From Myxococcota bacterium (GTDB lineage: Bacteria; Myxococcota_A; UBA9160; UBA6930), in assembly GCA_965223705.1 (NCBI GenBank), contig OZ245015.1:2656001-2720000 (forward strand): a DNA stretch of 64,000 nt, given 5' to 3'. Both the position numbers and the translations under genes were made by a program. Within the stretch, counting starts at the first letter, position 1. Each line of letters opens with the position of its first letter. Under the pieces are notes generated by a model. It searched no databases and was not told the DNA's origin. It saw only the letters and a program-made list of their open reading frames with translations. Positions 28,745 through 39,135 of the stretch are shown here, piece by piece.

Positions 28745-28772
28745 CACCGAAGGAAAGCGGCGGCAATCGCGT

Positions 28773-29318
28773 TCAGGCCGCCCAGTTCATCGAGCCGAGG
28801 TTCGGAGCGTCGAACCATCTCCCGAGCAGACTGAGCTCCCGGGTCCCGCCGAAGGATCCACGACCGCGCCCCCTGTTGCGGACGGCTTCGTAGCGAAGCA
28901 GCACCTCCGGGATCGCCTCCTCCGCGGGAGCGTCGTAGAACAACGCCGTCCGGAGGCAGTTCCTCGCGAAGCGCTGGTCGGCCTCTCGTCGACCACGGGC
29001 GGTCGCACCAAAGGGAGCATGGCGGTATGCGTATTCGAGGATGGCCGCAGCACCGTGCAGGGGGACTTTCACAACGGGTGGAAGCTTCGTCTTGGGATCC
29101 AAGTCCCATTCCCAATCGCGAAACAGGAACTCGTCAGAGACGTCCGGAGCGCCGAGTGCACCCTCGAACGCGAAACCTTCGGGCGGTCGCGGCCCCTCGA
29201 GGTGATCCCACAGCACACGGTCAACACAGACTTGGCGGCGCGACCGCGGCCCCCCGTGCTGACTCACGATGAGGGTTCCCCACCACTGCTTGCTGTCGAC
29301 TGAGAGGGCCACGAACAC
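28773..29318 (-). CDS. Hypothetical protein (about 180 aa)
   Basis: Open frame filling the gap between mocA-like gene and tRNA; no recognised motif; start uncertain. Confidence 0.45.
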   Translation of the reverse strand: MFVALSVDSKQWWGTLIVSQHGGPRSRRQVCVDRVLWDHLEGPRPPEGFAFEGALGAPDVSDEFLFRDWEWDLDPKTKLPPVVKVPLHGAAAILEYAYRHAPFGATARGRREADQRFARNCLRTALFYDAPAEEAIPEVLLRYEAVRNRGRGRGSFGGTRELSLLGRWFDAPNLGSMNWAA

Positions 29319-29337
29319 CTCGGTGTGTTGGCCGCCG

Positions 29338-30966
29338 CTACTCCGCGTTCGGTCTTCTCGCCTCGCGCAGAGCTTCGGGCGTGTCGAAGTCGATGTTAAT
29401 CGCGTCGCTCGATGACGGCACGTAGCATACCTCGTCCGGATGGCGGTCGAGCAACTTTCGGGCGCCCTGGTCTCCGCGGAGCGCCCGCATGTCCTCGAAG
29501 AAACGCCGGTGCCACAACACGGGGTTGCCGCGTTTGCGATCGTACACCGGCACGTAGATGCCCCGGTCGTCGTCGGGATCGAACGCATCGACCAACGCGT
29601 TCAGGTGACTCGCATCGAGCCACGGCATGTCGCCGAGACAGACGATCGCAGCATCGACATCCTCATCGAGCGCGTGGAGACCCACGCGAAGCGAGGTGCT
29701 CATTCCGGCCGCGAAGTCCGGATTGTGCGCGATCTCGACGTCTCGGGCGCCGAGCGCTCTGCGGATCGCATCGTTTTCGTGGCCCGTGACGACGACGACC
29801 GGCTCGGCCCGTGATGCGAGGGCAGCGTCCACCACGCGCGCGATCATGGGCGCGCCTTCGACTTCGCAGAGGAGTTTGTTCACCGCTCCCATTCGCTTCG
29901 ACTGACCGGCGGCCAGCACGATCGCGGCGATCCTCGGTCGCGAGGCGGAGGCCTCGGAGCGTTTGCCTTCGCGTGGGGCCGGGCGACTCGGCGTTTCGAG
30001 GAGCAGCCCCCCCACGCCCATCCCGGCGATTTCCCGCGATCCGATCGGCTCCCCGGCGAGCACGCGCTCGAGGACCCAATCGAACCCGCTCGGTTTGGTC
30101 GAGCGCGCACATCCCGGTACGCCGATGATGGGCGTCGCATCGAACTCGGCGAGTAGCAGCAAGTTGCCGGGATCGACGGGCATCCCGAGATGAACGATGC
30201 GCCCGCCGACCGCCTCGACGGCGGTGGGCAACGTATCCCGCCGGTCGACAATTGCCGACGCTCCGAGCATCAGGATCGGTCCGCACGCGGCGTCGAGGAG
30301 CGTGCGCAAGGTGCGCGCCACGGCTTCGGGCTCGTGCGGGCAGCGCACTTCCCGCGCCACCCGCGACCCCAGGCGTTCGATGCGCGTCCGCAGGCTCGAG
30401 CTGGCCCGGGTCATCACTTTTTCGGGAAGCCCGGGGAGCTCGGTGAGCACGACGCCCACGTCACGGGAAATCCAAGGGGCCACCCGGAGCGAAACGCCGT
30501 GCGAGCCTCCGACTTTCATCGCTTCCGCGAGGCGATCTTCGGGGACTGCGAACGGGATGACCTTCACCGTCGCCACCATGGTGCGAGCGCTAACCGGGGA
30601 GTGGGAATCCAGCGTGGCGACCGTCAGAGATTCATCGATGGCGTTCAGCTGATTCACCCGGTCGACATCGACGACGAACAATCCGTCGACCGTCGCGTAC
30701 AGGTTGCAGCGACCGGTCGTCGCGCGAGCCGCCTCGACGCCGGGACCGAGAACGGTTTCCGCCAGAGACGCGGCGGCCAGGTCTTCGTCGACATCGCCCG
30801 ATTCGAGGATTGCGACGACGACGCTCGCGTGACCCGCTTCGCGCAACCACTCCAGTTCGGCGTCTTCGAGCGGACGGCCCTTCTTCAGGGTGCGCTTCGG
30901 AAGCCGGGTCGTATGGGCGAGGCGCGCGCCTCGCGCCAGAGAAAGCGCCACTCGCTCGAAACGCAT
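29338..30966 (-). CDS. Molybdopterin-binding domain + MocA-like molybdenum cofactor cytidylyltransferase fusion
   Basis: TGRCNL, GMPVDPGNLL, GVPGCARS; C-terminal LAAGQSKRMG, GMSTSL, LGDMP, GNPVLW, GDQGAR. Confidence 0.88.
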   Translation of the reverse strand: MRFERVALSLARGARLAHTTRLPKRTLKKGRPLEDAELEWLREAGHASVVVAILESGDVDEDLAAASLAETVLGPGVEAARATTGRCNLYATVDGLFVVDVDRVNQLNAIDESLTVATLDSHSPVSARTMVATVKVIPFAVPEDRLAEAMKVGGSHGVSLRVAPWISRDVGVVLTELPGLPEKVMTRASSSLRTRIERLGSRVAREVRCPHEPEAVARTLRTLLDAACGPILMLGASAIVDRRDTLPTAVEAVGGRIVHLGMPVDPGNLLLLAEFDATPIIGVPGCARSTKPSGFDWVLERVLAGEPIGSREIAGMGVGGLLLETPSRPAPREGKRSEASASRPRIAAIVLAAGQSKRMGAVNKLLCEVEGAPMIARVVDAALASRAEPVVVVTGHENDAIRRALGARDVEIAHNPDFAAGMSTSLRVGLHALDEDVDAAIVCLGDMPWLDASHLNALVDAFDPDDDRGIYVPVYDRKRGNPVLWHRRFFEDMRALRGDQGARKLLDRHPDEVCYVPSSSDAINIDFDTPEALREARRPNAE

Positions 30967-31649
30967 CAGCGTGGGGCCCGGAGACGCTCGATCACTTCGG
31001 CGAGAATGGAGACGGCGATCTCCGCGGGCGACTTCGCGCCGATGTCGAGCCCGATCGGGCCGGAAATTCGCGCGATTTCGTCATCGCTAAAGCCCTCTTC
31101 GCGGAGCCTGGCGACACGTTTCGCGTGGGTCTTCCGACTTCCCAGGGACCCGATGTAGAACACTGGAGAGCGCAGCACCGCGGCCAGCGCCGGATCGTCG
31201 AGTTTCGGATCGTGGGTCAGCGTAACGACGGCTGTGCGCGCGTCCGGAGCGAGTTGACGAAGCGCCTCGTCGGGCCACTCGCCGCAGCGTTCGATCCCGG
31301 GGAACCGCGCTTCGGTGGCGAAGGAAGCGCGAGGATCGACGACCGTCACCTGAAAACCCGCCTCCGCGGCCATCCGGGAGAGCGGCTGCGCAATGTGCAC
31401 GGCGCCGACGATCAACATGCGCAGCTGCGGATTGAAGGGCTGGATGAACGCGCCGGCTCCGCCCTCTTCGATGCGTCGGCTCGCGTCGTGCGACACCGCT
31501 TCGCGTACCGCCTCCATCTCGGCGGCACCCGCTTCCCAATCCGAAGCTTCGAGCAGGCGCTGCTCGCCGCTGGGAAACTCGGTGACGAGTGCAACCGGTC
31601 GCTTGTCGCGCTGCGCGGCAACGAGCGCTTCGAGAACCGCTCGCTTCAA
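30966..31649 (-). CDS. XdhC/CoxI family Mo-enzyme maturation factor, C-terminal part
   Basis: IVGAVHIAQ, LTHDPKLDD, YIGSLGSRKT, PIGLDIGAKSPAEIA. Confidence 0.9.
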   Translation of the reverse strand: MKRAVLEALVAAQRDKRPVALVTEFPSGEQRLLEASDWEAGAAEMEAVREAVSHDASRRIEEGGAGAFIQPFNPQLRMLIVGAVHIAQPLSRMAAEAGFQVTVVDPRASFATEARFPGIERCGEWPDEALRQLAPDARTAVVTLTHDPKLDDPALAAVLRSPVFYIGSLGSRKTHAKRVARLREEGFSDDEIARISGPIGLDIGAKSPAEIAVSILAEVIERLRAPR

Positions 31650-31966
31650 TCGACTCGCTCCACGAAGACTTCGACCTCTCCGCCGCAGGCGAGACCGACT
31701 TCCCAGGCCATCTCATTCGTCACACCGAAATGAAGCGTCTGCGGTGTACCGCTCGCGATCACGGCCTGAGCCGCTTCGATCACGGCGCCCTCGACGCAGC
31801 CGCCCGAGACCGATCCCAAAAACGCGCCCGTTTCGTCTACGGCCAGTTGGCTTCCCAACGGGCGGGGAGACGATCCCCAGGTCCGTACGACGGTCGCCAG
31901 GGCGACGCCGCGACCGGCGTCCTTCCAGGAAAGCGCCTGCTCGAGGATGCGCTGGGAGTCCTCCAC
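31646..31966 (-). CDS. XdhC/CoxF family protein, N-terminal domain
   Basis: ATVVRTWGSSPRPLG, GSVSGGCVEG, VGLACGG. Confidence 0.88.
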   Translation of the reverse strand: MEDSQRILEQALSWKDAGRGVALATVVRTWGSSPRPLGSQLAVDETGAFLGSVSGGCVEGAVIEAAQAVIASGTPQTLHFGVTNEMAWEVGLACGGEVEVFVERVD

Positions 31967-32067
31967 CGCCTTACCATCGCGAAGCGGCCCCGTCGCCACA
32001 AGACGGGCGCGCTGTCCCCCGGGGACATTCGAGTTGACCCGCCGCTCTCGGTTCATAGCTTTGCGCT

Positions 32068-34443
32068 GTGACTGACAATCCCGTGATCCGCGCCCGCACG
32101 CCGATGGGCGAAGACCTCATTCTGCAAGCGGCGATGCCGCTCCTCCCGGTCCGCGACGCCGTGGTTTTCCCGGGCATGACGGTACCGCTCGCGGTCGGCC
32201 GAGCCGGCTCGTTGGCCGCGCTCGATGCCGCCGGCGCGGGCGGGCTCGTCATCATCGGCACCCAGCGCGATCCCCACACCGAGGACCCGGGTCTCGAAGA
32301 GCTCTACGAATACGGTTGTATCGGGCGCCTCGTCCGCGTTGTCGACACGCGCGGCGGCGGGAAGCAAGCCGTCGTCGTCGGTCTGTTGCGCGTCCGAATT
32401 CGCGAAACCGAAAGCGTCGCTCCTCATCTCCGCGTCCGCTTCGAGGCCGTCGAAGAGGCCGAGGGGGACGATCCGGCGTCGCGACTCGCACGACAACGCG
32501 TACTCGAGCTCGCGCACCGCGTGATCGATTTGCGCGACGACTATCCGAATGAGTGGAAGCAGGGACTCACCGAGCTGCCGAACGCGTCCATGCTCGCAGA
32601 CCTCATCGCTTCGAATCTCCCCCTCTCCCCCGAGCAGCGAATCGAGTTCCTGCGACAGGGCGACCCGGTCGCACGGCTCGGCATGCTCACCGATCACCTC
32701 GAGCGCGAGGTCACGATCGCCGAGACTCAGCGCTCCTTCCAAAACCGCGCGGAAGGCGAGGACGATCCGGCGCAACGAGAGCGGCTCCTGCGCCGTCGTA
32801 TGCGCGATATCCAGGCAGAACTCGGAGAGAGCGATCTCGGACAGCAGGAGGTCGATGAGCTTCGCGACCGTCTCGACGAGGCGGGGCTACCCGAAGAGGC
32901 TCAAGCCCAAGCAGACCGAGAGCTGAAACGGTTGGTCTCCCTCGCGCCGCAAGCGCCGGAGCGGCACCTGATCCGGACCTACCTCGACTGGATGGCAGAC
33001 CTGCCTTGGTCCGTCGAGACCGAGGATCACCTCGATCTCTCCCGGGCGCGGGAAATTCTCGACGAAGATCATCACGGCCTCGACAAAGTGAAGGAGCGCA
33101 TCCTCGAATACTTGGCCGTCCGCAAACTCGCGCCCGACGCGAAAGCGCCGATCCTGTGTTTCGTCGGTCCGCCGGGCGTGGGCAAGACTTCCCTAGGCCG
33201 CTCTATTGCGCGCGCGCTCGACCGGCGTTTCGCACGTGCGTCGCTCGGTGGCGTCCGGGACGAAGCCGAGATTCGCGGCCATCGGCGCACCTACGTCGGC
33301 TCGCTCCCCGGTCGCGTGTTGCAGAGCCTGCGCCGAGCGGGCTCCCGGAACCCCGTCTTCCTCCTCGATGAAATCGACAAGCTCGGCGCCGACTTTCGGG
33401 GCGATCCGTCGTCGGCGCTCCTCGAAGTTCTCGACCCTGAGCAAAACCAGACCTTTAGCGATCACTACCTAGAGGTCTCTTTCGATCTCTCGAGAGTGCT
33501 CTTCATCGCCACCGCCAACACGCGGGCGACCATCCCGCCGGCGCTCCTCGACCGCATGGAGGTGATCGAGCTGCCGGGATATACGGACGCCGAAAAGCGA
33601 GCGATCGCGCGGACGCACCTGGTGCCGAAGCAGTCCGAGGGTCACGGGCTCGACGCGTCGCGCGTCCTTGTCGAAGACGACGCGATCGAGCTGATCGTCG
33701 AGGAGTACACCCGAGAAGCCGGCGTGAGGAATCTCGAGCGACACGTGGCCTCTCTCATGCGCAAGGCGGCGGCGAAGATCGCTGGCGCGGACGAAACGCC
33801 CGAGCCGTTGGTCATCGATGCCGCGTTCGCGAAAGAGGCACTGGGCGCTCCTCCCCACCTCCCGGAAACCGCCGAGCGAACGACGCAACCCGGTGTCGTC
33901 GTGGGCCTCGCCGCCACGACCCACGGCGGTGACATCCTGTTTATCGAGGCGACGGCCATCTCCGGCGGTAAAGGCGTGCGGCTCCGGCTGACGGGCCAGT
34001 TGGGCGACGTGATGCGCGAGTCCGCGGAGACGGCGCTCTCGTGGGTGCGGGCGAATGCCGAAGAGCTCGGACTCGATTCCGACGCCCTCGGCGCCGGCGA
34101 GATCCACGTCCACGTACCGGCGGGCGCGACGCCCAAGGACGGCCCTTCGGCGGGAGTCGCGCTGGCGTCGGCCATCGTTTCTGTCCTTTCCGGGCGACGC
34201 GCGGCGGGGAACCTCGCCATGACGGGAGAACTGTCGCTCCGCGGGCGCGTGCTCCCGGTGGGCGGCATCAAAGAAAAACTCCTCGCCGCGGCGCGCTCGG
34301 GGATCGACACGGTGATCCTGCCCAAAAGAAACGAGAAAGATCTCGTCGAAGTCCCGGAAGACGTGCGCAAAGCACTGACGATCATTCCCGTCGAGGAGAT
34401 CGGTGACGTGCTTCACCACGTGCTCGAACCGAAGCCGGCCTAA
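32068..34443 (+). CDS. lon: ATP-dependent Lon protease (copy 1)
   Basis: [35 protein letters not shown]. Confidence 0.95.
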   Translation: MTDNPVIRARTPMGEDLILQAAMPLLPVRDAVVFPGMTVPLAVGRAGSLAALDAAGAGGLVIIGTQRDPHTEDPGLEELYEYGCIGRLVRVVDTRGGGKQAVVVGLLRVRIRETESVAPHLRVRFEAVEEAEGDDPASRLARQRVLELAHRVIDLRDDYPNEWKQGLTELPNASMLADLIASNLPLSPEQRIEFLRQGDPVARLGMLTDHLEREVTIAETQRSFQNRAEGEDDPAQRERLLRRRMRDIQAELGESDLGQQEVDELRDRLDEAGLPEEAQAQADRELKRLVSLAPQAPERHLIRTYLDWMADLPWSVETEDHLDLSRAREILDEDHHGLDKVKERILEYLAVRKLAPDAKAPILCFVGPPGVGKTSLGRSIARALDRRFARASLGGVRDEAEIRGHRRTYVGSLPGRVLQSLRRAGSRNPVFLLDEIDKLGADFRGDPSSALLEVLDPEQNQTFSDHYLEVSFDLSRVLFIATANTRATIPPALLDRMEVIELPGYTDAEKRAIARTHLVPKQSEGHGLDASRVLVEDDAIELIVEEYTREAGVRNLERHVASLMRKAAAKIAGADETPEPLVIDAAFAKEALGAPPHLPETAERTTQPGVVVGLAATTHGGDILFIEATAISGGKGVRLRLTGQLGDVMRESAETALSWVRANAEELGLDSDALGAGEIHVHVPAGATPKDGPSAGVALASAIVSVLSGRRAAGNLAMTGELSLRGRVLPVGGIKEKLLAAARSGIDTVILPKRNEKDLVEVPEDVRKALTIIPVEEIGDVLHHVLEPKPA

Positions 34444-34491
34444 TCGCGTAAGGCCCTTGGTCCGAGCGGTACGGGCCGCTATAGACCCCAC

Positions 34492-35883
34492 ATGCTGAAA
34501 CGCCATCAGGAGGTGTTCCGCACCTCCATCATATTGGCGGATCTATGTCTCATCGCGGCCTCCTGGATCGCGGCGTACGTCGTGCGCTTTTTCACCGTTT
34601 TCGAGTCACCTCAAGGCGTTCCCGACGCCCTTCCCTACAACCAGCTGCTCTTCCTCATTCTGCCGCTCTGGTTCGTGCTGTTCCGCCAACAGGGGCTCTA
34701 CGACGCGAGGCGCAGCGCACGCCCTTGGTCCGAGCCGCTGGCGATCCTGCGCGCGTCGAGCCTGGGTGTCGCGGTCCTGGTCGGCGTGTCCTTCTTCGCG
34801 TACGTCAACTTGTCGCGGTCGGTGGTGGTGATCTTCTTCGCGATGGCCACCGTGTCGGTGTCCGCGTGTCGGCTCTCGATTCGGGCGCTGCTGCGGGTCT
34901 TGCGCCGACGGGGCTACAACCTGCGCTACGCGCTCGTGGTGGGCGAAGGTCCTCCGGCGGAAGCCGTCATCGAGCGCTTCGCGGCGCACCCCGAGATGGG
35001 CGTGCGCGTGGTCGGCGTTCTCGACACGGAGGGCCATCGGGGGCGAATCGCCGGGCTGCCGGTTCTCGGCGCGTTCGGCGATCTCAAGCGGGAAGTCTCC
35101 CAACGACGGATCGATCAAGTCATCGTCGCACTGCCGGCTGTCGCTTCCCACCGCGCCGAAGAAATCCTCGAAGCGCTCGACCACGAGACGGTGACCGTGC
35201 GCATCGTGCCGGACCTCCCGCAGATCTTTCGGCTTCGCAGTAGCGTCGAAGACCTCGATGGGCTCGCCATGGTGGCCCTGCGCGAGAGCCCGTTCATCGG
35301 CTGGGCAGCCGTTCAAAAGCGCGTGTTCGACATCGTCGTGTCGGGGCTCGGGCTCCTCTTCGCCGCGCCCGTGCTCCTCCTCATCGCGGCCGCCGTGTGG
35401 ATCACCTCGGGTCGACCGATTTTCTACCGACAAGAGCGCATGGGCCTCGACGGCAAGCTGTTCTCGATGTGGAAGTTCCGAACCATGGCAACGGACGCAG
35501 AAGACGGCAGCGGTCCGCGCTGGGCATCACCGGACGATCCGCGCCGAACGCCCCTCGGGCCTTTCCTGCGCGGGACGAGCCTCGACGAGCTCCCGCAACT
35601 GTGGAACGTGCTGCGTGGCGACATGAGCTTGGTCGGGCCGCGGCCGGAGAGGCCGGTGTTCATCGAAGAATTTCGCCGCGAGATTCCCGGCTACATGCTC
35701 CGTCACAAAGTCAAGGCCGGTGTCACGGGCTGGGCCCAAGTGAACGGCTGGCGAGGCGATACGTGTCTCAACGAGCGCGTCGACCACGACATCTACTACA
35801 TCGAGAACTGGTCGCTCGGCCTCGACGTGCGCATCCTCGTGCTGACGCTGTGGCGGGGAATGGTCCACCGCAACGCCTACTGA
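34492..35883 (+). CDS. Undecaprenyl-phosphate glucose phosphotransferase (WcaJ-like)
   Basis: N-terminal TMs, KRVFD, KFRTM, SLDELPQL, GDMSLVGPRPE, GVTGWAQV. Confidence 0.93.
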   Translation: MLKRHQEVFRTSIILADLCLIAASWIAAYVVRFFTVFESPQGVPDALPYNQLLFLILPLWFVLFRQQGLYDARRSARPWSEPLAILRASSLGVAVLVGVSFFAYVNLSRSVVVIFFAMATVSVSACRLSIRALLRVLRRRGYNLRYALVVGEGPPAEAVIERFAAHPEMGVRVVGVLDTEGHRGRIAGLPVLGAFGDLKREVSQRRIDQVIVALPAVASHRAEEILEALDHETVTVRIVPDLPQIFRLRSSVEDLDGLAMVALRESPFIGWAAVQKRVFDIVVSGLGLLFAAPVLLLIAAAVWITSGRPIFYRQERMGLDGKLFSMWKFRTMATDAEDGSGPRWASPDDPRRTPLGPFLRGTSLDELPQLWNVLRGDMSLVGPRPERPVFIEEFRREIPGYMLRHKVKAGVTGWAQVNGWRGDTCLNERVDHDIYYIENWSLGLDVRILVLTLWRGMVHRNAY

Positions 35884-36665
35884 TGGCTGCCGCGACGCCC
35901 TCGACACGCCTTTCGACGCCCGCCGATGTGACGGATCGCGAGCTGCTGGCGGACCTGCAGGCGCAAGCACGGACACCCGAGGGCCGGGCCCTGCTCCAGT
36001 TCCGCAGCCGGACGGCAGCCCATCAGTACCTTCCGCTGTACGAGCTGGTGAGGCGTCACGTCCCCCGCGGCGACGCGATGCTCGATTGGGGCGCCGGCAA
36101 TGGCCACTTCAGTTTCTTTCTGTTGCGCAACGGGTATCGCGTTACGAGCTATCGCCTGGCGGAGACCCGGGACGACGCCTGGCTCGCCGATCCCGGTGAT
36201 CGGGTGATCGGCGACGGCCGCGACGTTCGTGCGCTCCCCTTCGACGACGACGCTTTCGATGCGGTGAGCTCGATCGGCGTACTCGAACACGTCGCCGACG
36301 GCGGCGGGGATTTCGCCGAGAGCTTGCGTGAGCTCCACCGGGTGACCCGCGAGGGCGGCGCGCTGGTCGTCTTTCATCTGCCCCAAGCCAGCAGCTGGAT
36401 CGAAGCGATCGCCCGCCGCGTGCCCGGCGCGCACGCGCACACGCACCCGTTCCGGCGAGCCGAAATCGAGAGCCTGCTGCGGGAGACGGGCTGGCGCATC
36501 CGCGAAAGTGCCCGCTACGCGTTCCTACCGCGGAATTTTTGGGGACGCTTTCCGTCGTGGGGCGACGCGTCGCGCGTGACGGAAACCTGGGACCACGCCG
36601 ACCAACGCCTCGCGCGACTGCTCCCCCCGCTCTGCCAAAATTTCGCCATCGTCGCGGGCAAGTGA
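35883..36665 (+). CDS. Class I SAM-dependent methyltransferase
   Basis: LDWGAGNG, LPFDDDAFD, VLEHV. Confidence 0.85.
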   Translation: MAAATPSTRLSTPADVTDRELLADLQAQARTPEGRALLQFRSRTAAHQYLPLYELVRRHVPRGDAMLDWGAGNGHFSFFLLRNGYRVTSYRLAETRDDAWLADPGDRVIGDGRDVRALPFDDDAFDAVSSIGVLEHVADGGGDFAESLRELHRVTREGGALVVFHLPQASSWIEAIARRVPGAHAHTHPFRRAEIESLLRETGWRIRESARYAFLPRNFWGRFPSWGDASRVTETWDHADQRLARLLPPLCQNFAIVAGK

Positions 36666-37981
36666 CGCACCTCCTCTTCATCGCGTACCACATGCCGCCG
36701 GCGGGCGGGATTCCGATTCGCCGCGCGATGCGCTTTCTCCGCCACCTCCCCGATCACGGAATCCGGTGCTCCCTTCTCTCTGCCGATTCGCCCTACGACC
36801 CGTACCACCCAGCGGACGTCGAAGGCGTCTCGACGCTCGCGCGCTTGAACCTCGAACGCACGATCCGGGCGCCGGCTCGTGCGGGTGCGGAACGCGTTGC
36901 CGCTTTCGGTTGGCGCGCGTTGCGCGCGGCCCTCGACAGGCGCAGCCCGTCCGGCGGGGCGACCGCAGGCCCCGCGAGCGGGCGTTTCGGCGCGCTGCGA
37001 AGGGCGGCGGGCGGCACCCTTTTCTTCCCCGACCCCAAAGCCCGCTGGGCGCGGAGTGCCGAACACGAGGCACTCGACGTGTTCTCCGCCGATCCCTGGG
37101 ACGTCATCCTGGCGACGGCCTACCCCTGGTCTTCGCTCGTCGTGGCACAGCGGCTAGCGGAGAGGACCGACACTCCGTGGTTCGCGGATCTCCGCGACGC
37201 GTGGGTCGACAATCCCCGCGGCCTGTTCGCTTCCGAGCGACACCGGACGCTGGAACAGCGCACGCTCCTCCGCGCGTCGGGCATCGTCGCGGCGACGCAG
37301 GGCATCGAAGACGCGTTGCGCCGCCGCTATGGCGACGCGCTTCCGCCGACCGAAACCATCTACACGGGCTTTGATGAGATCGAAAGAGGCGGGGACGCTC
37401 CGTGTCGGGATCATGAGAAGCTCGTCATCACGTACACCGGCACATTTAACGATGCGCTTCCGCCGTCGCCGCTCGATCAGAGCCCCTACGCGCTCCTCCA
37501 GGCCATCGAGTCGCTCGACACGCGCGCGCGAAGCGGCCTCGAGGTTCGGCTCGTTGGCCGGCTCGGAGAAAAGTACCGGCGCTGGATCGAAGACGCGCCT
37601 CGGCTCGACTGCGTGCGTGCGATCGGCCCGGTTTCCCACGACCGCGCCCTCGCCGAGCAGCGCGCCGCGGACGTTCTGCTCGTCGTGGTCGGCGCGGCGC
37701 CGGAAAACGCCGGTGTCCTGACCGGAAAATTCGTCGAGTACGTGGGAACGGGACGACCGATTTGGGCGCTCGCACCCGAGGGAGAGCTCACCCGTCACGT
37801 CCGGTCGGTGGGCGGGCGCGTCGATCCGCCCGCGGACACCGATGCGATCGCAACAGCGATCCTCGAATGGTCCGATCTCAAACGGCGGGACGCCCTGCCC
37901 CGTTCGGAGCGCGCCCGTGCTTGGTCGGCCTCCGCACGAGCGGCGCGATTGGCGGAACTGCTGCGGAGCGTCGCCGCTTAG
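36662..37981 (+). CDS. Glycosyltransferase (GT-B, family 4-like)
   Basis: YHMPPAGG, ADLRDAW, YTGTF, TGKFVEY. Confidence 0.82.
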   Translation: MTHLLFIAYHMPPAGGIPIRRAMRFLRHLPDHGIRCSLLSADSPYDPYHPADVEGVSTLARLNLERTIRAPARAGAERVAAFGWRALRAALDRRSPSGGATAGPASGRFGALRRAAGGTLFFPDPKARWARSAEHEALDVFSADPWDVILATAYPWSSLVVAQRLAERTDTPWFADLRDAWVDNPRGLFASERHRTLEQRTLLRASGIVAATQGIEDALRRRYGDALPPTETIYTGFDEIERGGDAPCRDHEKLVITYTGTFNDALPPSPLDQSPYALLQAIESLDTRARSGLEVRLVGRLGEKYRRWIEDAPRLDCVRAIGPVSHDRALAEQRAADVLLVVVGAAPENAGVLTGKFVEYVGTGRPIWALAPEGELTRHVRSVGGRVDPPADTDAIATAILEWSDLKRRDALPRSERARAWSASARAARLAELLRSVAA

Positions 37982-39135
37982 AAGAACTCGACGACCGACT
38001 GCACGACGTGGTCGAGTTGGGCGCGGGTGAGCTCCGGATAGACCGGTAGCGCGAGCGTCGACGCAGCGGCCGCTTCCGCGTGAGGGCAGTCGCCGACCTT
38101 GCCGCCGACGTCTGCGAAGCATTCCTGAAGATGAAGCGGAAGCGGGTAGTAGATCTCCGTGCCGATCTCTTTTTCGGCGAGGTGCGCGCGCAATGCGTCA
38201 CGTTTCTCGCCGGGTACCCGGATCACGTATTGGTTGTAGATGTGAGTCGCCGGCGGCGCCGCGACCGCGGGCGTCCGAACCGGAAAATCGGTCGAGGCGA
38301 CTTCGTCCGCGCTGGTTCCCGCGCCAGCGGCGGAAAAGGCGGCGTCATAGTGCGCCGCGTTCTGTTGACGGGCCTTCGTCCAACTGTCGAGGTGACGGAG
38401 CTTTACCCGAAGGATCGCCGCCTGAATCGCGTCGAGGCGCGAGTTGATGCCGACAGCCGGGTGGTAGTACTTGGGCTTCGAGCCGTGAACCCGCAACATG
38501 GCGATGCGCTCCGCCCACGCTTCGTTGCGGCACACCACCATTCCCGCGTCGCCGAACGCCCCGAGGTTCTTCGACGGAAAGAAGCTGAAGCACGTGAGCG
38601 TGTCGCGGGCTCCGACGCGCAGGCCCTCACCGTCGCGCGTGCCGATCGCCTGTGCGGCGTCTTCGATCACCGGAACGCCCAGTTCGCCGGCGACGGCCTG
38701 AACGGCTGCTGTGTCCGCCGCCTGGCCGTATAGATGGACGGGGATCACCGCCTTGAGATTCGTGCAGCGCGCGCCGAGCTCCCGCACCGAATCCACCGAG
38801 ATGTTGTAGGTCGCCGGGTCGATGTCGGCGAAGACCGGGCGTGCCCCCAGCCGGGAGATCGCGCCCGCCGTCGCGAAGAACGTGTAGGTGGGGCAGATCA
38901 CTTCGTCGCCGACACCCACGTCGAGGGCCATCAGTGCCAGCAGCAGGGCATCCGAGCCGGAACCGCACCCGATACCGAGGCCGGATTCTGAGTACGTCGC
39001 GACTTCTTCCTCGAGCCGCTTCACTTCGTCGCCGAGGATGAATTGTTGAGACTCGACCACCCGCGCGAGCGTCTCTTCGACCTCGCCGCGGATTGTTCCG
39101 TACTGAGCCTTCAAGTCGAGCAGCGGAACTTTCAC
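37978..39135 (-). CDS. DegT/DnrJ/EryC1/StrS aminotransferase (WbpE-like)
   Basis: SGSDAL, PVHLYGQ, IEDAAQA, SFFPSKNLGAFGDAG, NSRLDAIQA. Confidence 0.93.
   Translation of the reverse strand: MKVPLLDLKAQYGTIRGEVEETLARVVESQQFILGDEVKRLEEEVATYSESGLGIGCGSGSDALLLALMALDVGVGDEVICPTYTFFATAGAISRLGARPVFADIDPATYNISVDSVRELGARCTNLKAVIPVHLYGQAADTAAVQAVAGELGVPVIEDAAQAIGTRDGEGLRVGARDTLTCFSFFPSKNLGAFGDAGMVVCRNEAWAERIAMLRVHGSKPKYYHPAVGINSRLDAIQAAILRVKLRHLDSWTKARQQNAAHYDAAFSAAGAGTSADEVASTDFPVRTPAVAAPPATHIYNQYVIRVPGEKRDALRAHLAEKEIGTEIYYPLPLHLQECFADVGGKVGDCPHAEAAAASTLALPVYPELTRAQLDHVVQSVVEFF

Noticed and set aside
28720..28772. tRNA-Leu 3' ends as prophage or island attachment sites
   Set aside because: No integrase, and I saw no duplicated tRNA 3' fragment in the window by eye.
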